A stretch of DNA of 64,000 nucleotides from Raillietiella orientalis (taxonomy: Eukaryota). The notes under the pieces are model-generated. The model saw only the letters and a program-made list of their open reading frames with translations. It searched no databases and was not told the DNA's origin. Location: contig JAYWIR010000010.1 of assembly GCA_036172245.1 (NCBI GenBank), positions 3,720,001 to 3,784,000 on the forward strand, in the 5' to 3' direction. This document shows, piece by piece, positions 54,332 through 64,000 of the stretch. Position 1 is the stretch's first letter. Every line of letters begins with the position of its first letter. The position numbers and the translations under genes were made by a program.

Positions 54332-55639
54332 GCAGCACTGTTTATAAAGTGCGCCGGCAGGGATGTTTCCGCAAAAGAGTCGCTGAGGTCTTCTGAAGGA
54401 AAGAAAGTAGCTGGTGGCTAGTAGGGCTTGGCGAGTCTGCTCTACGATCCGAACAAGCGAGAAACGAAAGTGACTGCTCCGGTCTATAATAAGAAAATCT
54501 GAAGCCTTCCGCGTAATTGACCGCGTGCGTCACGCAATGGCGTGAGAATGCGGCAATCCTTCGTCGTCTGTTTGCTGTTTTATGGCTCTTATGATTTACA
54601 GACGCTTCGAGCAGGAGCCCATTCGCTGGAATCCAGCAGCAGCAACCAGTCAGGAATCTTTATTGCGATCGGGAGGATTTATTTCGGCGAACGTCCTCAT
54701 CTTCGTTACGAGGGAGGTGCTCGCGATCGTTGTCGCAATCGCGTATTTCCCTGCATCTACCTGTCAGACTTCCCCCAGGAAGACAACTGCTTCGGCGCGC
54801 GGGAGCCGGGCAAAAGATGCCGCGGCCCCTCCCCCCTCCCCACGTTCTCCTCTCAGCTGATTAGGAAACAATCGCGCTCGATGGGAGAAAAGCCGGAAGC
54901 TGCCGATGAGTTGCCGTTTTCAGTTTTGTTGCTGATGATGAGCTAATTATTCCATCACCAGATGCGTGATTTGTGGAGGGATTTGGAAAACGCGAGGAAC
55001 ACATGCTGCGGAGGAAACGGGAGGTGCATCCACTGGAAGAGGAAGTGGATCCTTCGCTGAAGCTTCCGAATGGGAAAACATCCGCCGTGAGGTAATCAGT
55101 CAGTGAAGTGAAGTAAAAAAAAAAAAAAAAAACGGTACCGCTATTTCTGACGTGGTCGAAGAATTACAGGACATCAGGGAAATATTTTTTAGGGATTGTC
55201 ATCAAAGTGACGTTTCTAAAATGATGCATTTTGTTTCTTTTTCCTCCTACCCCTCCTCTTCTTCTTCCTGTTCCTCTTCTCTTTCTTCTTCTTCTCTTCT
55301 TCTTCTTCTTCCTTTTAGTTTTCTTTTCCTGGGTTCAGAGTTCCTCCTCGGAATGAATTTGGCAATTTCGACGGACGGATCGAAATCCTTAGCATCCAGG
55401 GTAGCGGATCCTTGGGAACCATCTCAGAATACGGACGATGGGGATCCTGGAGAGACGAAGTGACGCGAAGGTGGAGCTGGGATAATCGGAACCAACTTGT
55501 GGAAGACAAAGCAAATCAGATTTCAAAAATCGAATGAGGGTGGGTGGGAGGGCGACTCGTTCTGCCGCCGCTTTCTTTTCCTTTTCCTTGTAAATGCTGA
55601 AGCACCGTTCGCCCCCTCAGGGGAGAGGAGAGAATCGAG

Positions 55640-56836
55640 GAGGCTGGACGATGCCACCACATGGGGAGCTCACAGAGCTCCTTCAGCATTGTCGGAGTGC
55701 CACACCCGAGGCTGCGTGTAACTCAGGAAGGGGACAACCCTTGAAGGGACCACCCTGATTAATCCGAGAATGAATCAGAAGTGGTCCCCCTCTCCTTCGG
55801 GGGGGGACCCTCCGTCTCCTACTATGGAGCTGGTGAGTTGATGACGCCTCTCCCGAGTGCAAAGAAGCGCACCGCTCCCTTCGGGGAGCGCCCTTCAGGG
55901 AAAATTCGGAGGCGTCCCTTCGAGGCTCTCTTCAGAGGAGGAGGAAAGAGGGAGCGGAGCCTTTCAGGAAAGGCCCCTCCGGAGAAAAAATAAGGAGCAG
56001 CTCCCTCCGGAGAGAACAAGGAAGAAGTGGTTCCTTTCGAGGATCCCTCCCAGGCGTGAGAGGAACACGGACCCCTTCCTCCGGGGCAATAGAGTGCATA
56101 AGATGGTCCCCTCCCGAGGTACCCCCTATCTTGAAGAGTTACTGCACGCACCCTCGGGTGGCGTGGAACAGCATCAAAGAGCTGTGTGAGCCTCCAGGCG
56201 TGCGACGGTTCTTCAGCACTTGGCGAACCTCCAAAAGAACAAAATCCTGATTCATCCAAGAAGGCTTTGGAAGAGGGGGTCCGTGTTCCTCTCACGCCTG
56301 GGAGGGATCCCCGGAGGAGACCTTCCCCTTGTTCTCTCCGGAGCGAACCCGCAAGGGAACGGCTTCTTTGTTTACTCTTCCGAAGAGAATCCCGAAGGGT
56401 TGCTTCCTACTTCCTCAGAGAGACGCTTCCCGAAGGGAGCAGCGCGCTTCTGATACTCTGGAGGGGAACCTCCCGAGGGAGAGGGGGTAAACCGGCTCCG
56501 TTGAACCCTGTGGGGGGGGTCCCTGAGGGGGAGTGTCTCCTCCTCCACTTTCAAAACCGGAAGGGGAACTCCAAAGGAAACCGTCCCGCAGCGATTCTGG
56601 GAAGGTGCCCAGAGGGTCGGCTCCTGATCCAGGTCAGTCAGCGGAGGCAATCGGTTTCCCGCCAGTGTCGCACTCGGAGCTCTTGGACCCCCAACCAGCG
56701 TCATCCTGAGGGGGATACTCGAAACCCACGGCTTACCTCCCGTTCTCGGCATCGATCCTCCTCGTGGGGAATTCGAACCCGCGAAGCTGTGTGCCGCGCG
56801 CAGGAGGCTGCAGCCACGCGACCTCCTGACGCGGGC
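55640..56836 (-). mobile_element. tRNA-headed SINE-like element, copy B (with an inverted tail fragment inside)
   Basis: B-box GGGTTCGAATT (complement of 56770-56780); body matches 23040-23495; tail unit at 55640-55755 (minus) and again at 56100-56240 (plus), matching 58261-58395. Confidence 0.55.
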
Positions 56837-57669
56837 ACAAGCATTCCGAGTTTCCCTTCACCATTCCCGTCCAGTCCTCGACGCATCTTCCCGACGACAC
56901 TCTCTAGAAAGTGCAGAACCATCTCCTTCCCTCAAAACCATTTTTCATGTCCCTTCCTTGCATCCTGGGAGAAGAAGGCGGCAGGAAGCAGAGGGGCGGA
57001 CGAGATTCTGCTTTTCCATCTGCTTCCCGCATCCATCCCGCAACGCACCGCATCGGCAGCGTGGAGTCTTTCCATCATCCATAGGATGACGGACCGCTTC
57101 ATTCACAACAATGCTGTTGGACCTTCCGGCTGCTCGCAGCCGGCATCAGCGACCACACCAGCTTGATCGTCTCAGGATACCGTCCATCCTACAGCCAGCG
57201 GAGGAGGGGCACAAGGAGCGGGGATGAGACCTACGTGTTAGCGGTGGTTGGAAGACAAGTTGCACTGCCGTCTGGAATGTCGCACCATTCCAGCTTCCGA
57301 CGGCATGTCGACACTTCCACCTACCCGAGTGGAAGTGTCGGCTCAGCGGCAAAATGCACCGTCGTGTTTACGCGGCCTTTAAAAAGTGAGAGCCCTGCAT
57401 TTCCCAAGCAGCAATTTTCTTCCTTCCTTCCTTTCTTGCCTTCTTCGTGGGGGAGGAAAACGGAATGGACGGTTCCCTCTCCCCTCCGCACATTCTTCGC
57501 TGATATTCACACCAACACCCCTACTACTAAGATTGCCTTCAGCCAACCTTCGACATCACTCTTCCTCAATTTCTTCCTCATTAATTGTGGCATTTTTTCC
57601 CCTCAAGAAAGACCTCATAGCGTGCCCTATGGAGAGCAGCTGCGAGGAGTGTGAAATTCTCCCTAAATA

Positions 57670-58400
57670 CCTGCGTTGGGCGGCCGTGTGTCTGCGGTCT
57701 TCGCGCGTGGTACCGTGGGTAGCGAGTTCGAATCGCATCGGGAGAAGGATCGACGCCGAGAAATGGGCAGAGTCGTGGGTTTCGAGTTTCCCCGACAGGA
57801 CGACGCCGGTTGGCTTCGGATGCACTGGTGGAAACCGTCGGATGCCGGGAGTCCCCGTCGACCGGCCGGGAAGCTGACCCTCCGGGGTCCTTCCAAGAAT
57901 CAAGGAGGCGGTTCCCTTCCGGGTTTCCTTTCCGTTGTGCGAATGGAGCCGTCAACCTTCCTCCTTCCATTTTTGGAGAAACCATCCATCTCGTACCATA
58001 AAGCTGACGGATTGACACCTCTCCAGAGTGTGAAGTGCGCGCTGCTACCTTCGTGGAGCGACCCTTCAGGAAATCGGAAGCGTCCCTTCGGGGTTCTCAG
58101 AGAAGGAAACATAAAGCGGTTTCTTTTCGGGTTCCCTTCGGAGGAATGTCCCTCTTCCGGGTGGTCCCTCTGTAGAGAATAAGGAAGAAATTCCCTTCGG
58201 AATTCCCTACAAAGAGTGGGAGGAACGGACTCCTTCCTCCAGAACTCTTCCTGGATCACAGGATGGTCCCTTCGGGGTCGCCTCCTAACTTGAAGAGTCA
58301 AGCACACCCTCGGGTGGCATGGAACAGCGTTAAAGAGTTTCGTGAGCCGTCAGGCGCAATGGCTCTTGAGCACTTAGCGAACACTCAAAAGGAGAAAACC
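57670..58400 (+). mobile_element. tRNA-headed SINE-like element, copy A
   Basis: Head with A-box-like CGGCCGTGTG and B-box GAGTTCGAATC (57724-57734); body homologous to copies B and C; 3' boundary approximate. Confidence 0.6.
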
Positions 58401-60149
58401 CAGAAGAAAAAAAAACTGGAAAGAAAACTGAAGAACCCAGAAGGATTTCCATCACATGTGAACCCGAGCGACCCCAAGTGTCCTCCTACATAGAAGACTT
58501 GTACGCGGAAAAGAGCTGCCCGACATCCCTCCGGAGGAGGTGAAGTGACCTCCAGCATGCTGGAACAGTGGTGTCCTCCCCCTCAAGTGGCAGGAGTTGG
58601 CGTTGCTGGTGGTGCATGTGGGAATCCCGTGCAAAACGTGCCTTCAACACTGGACCCGGGGGAGCGTGAACGCTCAGTGCGACAGGTGCTGGAAGAAGGA
58701 GACCCTTTCGCACCTGCTGTTGGACTGTACTGCCCTCCGACCCCTTTGAGATCGCCTCGCAGTGACCCTAGAAATCCTGGTGAGCGGCCCCAGGGAGATT
58801 TAGAAACGCAACTTCGCACGTGCCACTCTGCCGCCAGCCGCGTCCCTAGAAGTTTTCTGCTGTCGCCGCAGGATCGTGGCGGCCTGGAACGCCAGAAGAT
58901 GAAGCCGAAATGGCAGGCACGCCATCCACTGGGCGTGTATCTTCCTGAGGACTGTCTCGAGATGGCCTCATTTGGGTGCTATACGGACAGAAATTGCCAG
59001 CATCTTGAGCAGGATGCAGAGGATGCCTGGCAGCATACCTTGATCCCTTCCTCACTTCCCCCTCCCCCTCCTCGTGTAAAATTTCCCCTCCCCTGTTCTG
59101 TTTGTTTATTTTTTTTGTTTTTGTTTTCCTTTCCCCCACGCTGCCGAAGCGGACCTCGTCGGTCTGTGTACCGCCTTTCGGCAGGTTCATTGCGCATGGT
59201 AGAACCAAGGGTCCTACTACAAAAATGTATTTTTATTACTTTAAGTAATAAATGCCCCGGCATAACCGGGTGATAATCATCCGCTTATCACATGATAGGC
59301 AGCCACGTTGTTGGCTTATATCTGTAGTCTCTTTAGATCATGATCTTCCCCACTCAAAACTTGCTCACTCCCAGCAGTCTGAAAGACGACTCTGCATCAC
59401 AGCTGCATCATCCGCTTATCCATAGATTCATAGCACAGCCAGATTGAAATTTCCTCAATGTTTGCATTTAGGAGGATGGATTTATGGAGGAGGATTTTTG
59501 AAATCTTCCAGAATTCACATCTCCACTTTCTTTCCTTTGGAGGGGAAGGAGGGTTTCGAGATTTTGATTACATTCCTAAACTTGTGGGCTACACTTGGCT
59601 TCCCAGTTCGAAAGGGGTGGCCCGAAACTGAGGGGTGCGACAATGGACCATGCAAATCGGGAGAGCTCTGAAGAGTTTGAACTCTGCGCCCCACAAAAGC
59701 AGATGCAGGCAGGAAGCGAAGGCGGCCACTTTCGCTCCACTACCTATGGCACTGCTAAGGGAGAAGTTGTGCTTCCCCCTTTCACCTGCTACATCCGCAT
59801 CTCCCTGCACAGCTGGGGCATGAGGAGGGAACCCGGAAGCAACTTCGCTTTTACCAAGTTTCCTACGCGCCGCTGAGCTCCAGCACGGAAAAGAGATGCT
59901 TCGGTGGAAGCTGTCCCGAGGCAATCGGCTCGAGTTCGCTTCCGGGATTTGCGAAGATAGACGCTCAGCTGGAAGCTGCTGCTCCCGCATCCTTCTCTCG
60001 GAGCATTTTCCGAACTCGCCAACTCTGCAGAGATGATAATCGAAAACGACCAGGGGGGCGGATGGACCACCCTCTCAACGTGGTTCTGTCCCCAAGCCGT
60101 GGATTTTGTTTTGTCCTGTTCCGCCCAAAGTCCGTTTCCGTGGATCAAC

Positions 60150-60800
60150 CGCTAAACCGCCGAGCTCAGTACGCCTGAGGATCCTGGAAATAGCAGCAGA
60201 CCAGAGGAGGAGCAGGCTCCTGTGTGTTCGTGTGCCAGCCAGAGCATATCTTTTTCAACCCGGCCCGCATTCCTTCGAAACGAATGGCACGAGTCCTGAT
60301 CTCGATCCAGGGGAGGTCGGAGCTCTTGCTTGCCTTCAGCTTGCTGGCCCGAGACTCGCCTCGGGCCACATCCTTCCGCGCCTCAAAACGGAGCTTCGCG
60401 CTTCACGAACTTTCCGCCTGGTGCCGCAGCAGAAGTCTCTACTCGCACCAATCAGATCAGGCCGAGATGAAGAACATCGCGGTAGCGTGACAGCCCGAAG
60501 CACGGCCTCCCTCTATATCTTGAGGAAGGTGTCCTAGGACACAACAGCAGGAGGAAACCGAGGTTCCCAGCTGCGAAAGTGAACCCGATCCAACAAATCG
60601 CCACTTCGCAAAACCGCCCCTCACTCTCGAGCACCCGTCACGGATCGTCCTCGCCAACGGTGGTGCAGAGAGGCCGAATCACCGCCAATCTGCTTATGGA
60701 CTGCGAGTTGCTCCTCACAGGATGGCGACGCGAGGCAGCAAGCCTTCTTATGCCCGGTGAACTTCCCTCGGCGGCTTCCCCGATGATTCCTCACGTTTAA
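60150..60800 (-). mobile_element. Highly decayed non-LTR reverse transcriptase fragment
   Basis: LESEGRFCEVAICWIGFTFAAG resembles the R2/NeSL-type ARR..EVAIAWLDL.NAFG motif; many frameshifts; boundaries approximate. Confidence 0.4.
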
Positions 60801-61731
60801 AGGACTTGCCTCCTCCGTTCCTCAATCTTCGACCGTCGCACCACTGGTCATCTTGTACTTGCCACGCGGAGGAGCAGCCTTGAGCGACCGGAGAACAGCC
60901 GGGCATTTCATGCATGGTTAGTAGGGTGGCAAGGTCGTCCCATCTCTTATCGGGACTCCGCCTGTACAGCAAACAGGCTAAGAAGACGTAGAACAACCAA
61001 CCGGCAACCCTCCTTTCCCTGCTCATCCCTGTCCCAAGGTCATTGTCATCATATGATCCCGGATCTCTATTTTGTAATCTGGCGCGATTGGGCTGCAAGC
61101 AACGGGAAAGCAAGAAACATCATCGCCACTTCCTTGTGAAGTTTCCTCGCAACAGCTGCCTTCTTCCCATATCCTCCTCAAGCATCTCTCGGAAAATGAA
61201 GTGATGCTGAATCACGGACAAAGAAGTGAAGATGCATGCGTGTGTTCGAGCAGTGAGTCAAGGTGGATCCACTCGGGAGCAAACATCACCATAAATATCT
61301 TTGCGCATGAAGACAATGAATGCACACGAGCGCAGCTGCGATGGCCTATGAAGAGATGCCGAAAGTCTGTAGACTGGCAACAAGCAGCAAAGCTTTCCGT
61401 CCTGGCAATGCGCTTTCATCCACCACCACAGCATCTCGAGACCGTCCAAGATACAAAGAATCCAGAACGCGGCTGCCCACATCACGCCTACAGCCACGAC
61501 CAAGAAACGCGCTGATCACGTATCGGAGCAAAGGACTCCCTGTAGCCCCTCCAGATTGATTGCCTCTATCCTCAGCTACTATGGACGGCGGTAGACCGTA
61601 ATATATCTCATTAGAAGAACGAAGAGGCAAAGCATTTGCGACTGCAAACTAAGACTCAGATCTCTGGCTTACGTTGGAAGTGCAGTGAGCATCTGTTCTC
61701 GTGCAGAAGGACGTTGCTGTTACCAGTACCA

Positions 61732-62855
61732 TCAAGAGGTGCCGTGGAGGGCGAGGAAGATGAGCTGGGAAGCACCTTTCGATTCCAACGTTCCCTCCGC
61801 AGAAGAGAACACGCGGGACACGGGCGCGCGACGGAAACAAGCAGAGCCGCCGGTGCAGCACTTCCTGCATCGAAACACGCCGCGCCGACTAAAACACGGA
61901 TTCTTCCACGGCGCGCGCAACCAACCAACCAACCACCTCACGTACGCACGACACACCCGCAAAACGACTCCGCCATCCACCCTCACACCATGCCACAAGC
62001 ACCTCCGAGACTCCAAGGGCGCCGTCGCCCAACAAGCACGCGGTCGCACGCACACCGCACCAACGCATCCCCTGGTCTCTGCAACGCGTGACAAAAGAAA
62101 ACCAGGTCGCTGGATCGGTCAACAGTCCAGAGTCACCACCGGACTCACGACCCTCCATCGTGTGCGCACTCGTCCTTCCCGGTGGACACCACCCTCCTCC
62201 GGAAGCCCCTGCGCTGCGGCGGGCTCTCCTCCAGCACGCCAAGTGGCCTCGGCACGGCAGAAACCGTTCTCGGGAGGGGGGGACGGGACGGTGATGGGAA
62301 ACAGCCACCGGCAATGAAAGCTTCGCTAGCTTTGCTGCAACTTGGCATGACGCTCCGGACGACCACCAAGCATCTCGACGCAAAGCCGAAGAATCTCCGG
62401 AAGAAAGGTCAGCGCGCATCCTCAGCAAAGTCCTCCCGCCAGTTGCCAAGAAGGGGATTCGGGTAACCTTCTAGAGGCATGCTGGCCGATATTGCAGAGA
62501 AGCCATCCTGGAAGTCGGCGTTCAACAGGGACTGTTGACGTCTCGGAAGTGGGTTGGTAGGAAGAATGCGGGAGGAGAAAGCAAGTGAGCGGGAGTCAGG
62601 GATCCGGAAATGGCATTTCCCGAGCATCAAAAGGATGACTCAGTGATCGAAAGATGACGCGAATGCGCCGAGTCCCACGGTGTAGCGTTTGCAGGAGGCG
62701 GCGAAGCAGCAAGCAAAAGCAAAGAGCGCGTGCTGTCTTTGCCACTGGGATCGGATGGACCGGAATACGACGACCGATGTGAGCTCGCAGACCCAAGACG
62801 ACAACTCTTGGATCCCACCATGGCGACGCCGACCATGTGGCATCTCCGCAACACA
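61732..62855. repeat. 1124-bp dispersed repeat, copy 2 (upstream of gene)
   Basis: Direct-orientation copy of 39929..41052 with the same two ends. Confidence 0.97.
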
Positions 62856-63139
62856 ATATCTTATTCTCGAATTAGTCCTCCCAAGTATCCATTGACCGGA
62901 AGACTCTTGCGCAGGTCGAATCGATTCGTAAGGTGCGCATAAAGCTTGGAGTCCTTTGCGTTCTGATCATCTGAGAAAGTCAGTCTGTGTGGTTAATCAG
63001 ATTCTCCGCTGTCCGAGGCGGAACTTATAAAAAAAAAAAAATTCAAAAGAAAACACTTTGAAAAAAGGAACCAGTTCTTCAATCACGGATCACTTGTCGT
63101 CCACTTACACCGAAAGATTATTTCGATGCCTCACTGACC

Positions 63140-63860
63140 ATTCATCTCATTTATGTCCACCCTCGAATGGGCAGCAGACGCCCAGCACCACTATTCGATT
63201 TCCTTTCTCATCACTAGGTCGGGTCTTAAGGGGGAGTTTGTTCCTGGAGATCTCTGATTAGTGGACACTAGGGTCGACTTTGCCTGATCCATTGCTGCCA
63301 TGCTAATCATTTCTTGAATCGCGTCATGTCGTGCAGTGGACAGATGAAAGTGCCTCCTGCATCGGTTTAATGGATGAGGCAACGTTTCATCTTCCCTCCG
63401 GCAGCGCCGACATGAGCGTTCCTCTGATTTCATCCTGGGACCGGCCCAGATTGGTAGGACGTTTAGTCGGTCTATGTGGATGAATCCGTAGTCCTGGAAC
63501 CTCAGGCATTCTCCATTAGTGAGGAAGAAGCTTGAGGTGTGGTGCATGCCCACACACTGCATGGCTCTCCCTTGACTGAGGTGCTTTTGAACGAGGGACT
63601 GTCAAGAGTGCTCTCTCTGCAGTGCTCTCATGCCGGAGGTAGTCAAATGGATTCTTCCTGCTGGTCGCCTGCCACTTCTCGGAAACCACCTTTGTCGAAG
63701 GACCGATTTATGTCTCGAGGCCACCATTGAGTATTCTTATTGCTCTGGGGAGCTCCATAATGGTGATGGAAGGTAATCCTTCGGAAACTGGTGCACCTGG
63801 TGCACAACCTCAAGTCACCATAACTTGAGTTCTTTGGGCCAGGGCGAAAATCGCACAGCT
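63140..63860 (-). mobile_element. Degenerate RLE-type non-LTR retrotransposon 3' fragment (Utopia/NeSL/R2 group)
   Basis: SQGRAMQCV...SSFFLTNGECLRFQDYGFIHIDRLNVLP, CCHC knuckle CRRCRREDETLPHPLNRC, RHD, LRPDLV, then frameshifted VVLGVCCPFE. Confidence 0.85.
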
Positions 63861-64000
63861 TCGTCACCGGTTCCTCGATGCGTTGCGGTTCAGCATACTG
63901 TCCTCACGGCCCACATCCACGAGGAATAGCGTGGATCTTGTGTGTCAAAGATAAGTGGTATGGGTAGAATCGGTCACTCGCATCCATGACCGCTGCACCA

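Noticed and set aside
57671..57745. Functional tRNA gene
   Set aside because: B-box present but no convincing cloverleaf; it is the head of a longer repeated unit.

Overview
Eukaryotic (most likely arthropod, inferred) genomic DNA. The window is dominated by one spliced minus-strand gene, a novel-type protein kinase C delta homolog. I assembled it by hand from 14 GT-AG exons with consistent phases (9891..50856; 1884 nt CDS, about 627 aa). It has an MMFTGG N-terminus, pseudosubstrate, C1A/C1B, Ser-rich hinge, kinase domain and AGC tail, and no C2-domain exon was found. Exons 3-14 are secure; exons 1-2 are inferred. Introns and flanks hold a histone H4 pseudogene, a piggyBac remnant nested in a hAT-like TIR element, at least three copies of a tRNA-headed SINE-like repeat, a near-identical 1124-bp repeat pair bracketing exon 1, a Utopia/NeSL-like retrotransposon fragment and many decayed retroelement pieces. 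Most long ORFs in the track are GC-driven artefacts. No clearly new multi-gene system is evident; the best leads are listed as findings.
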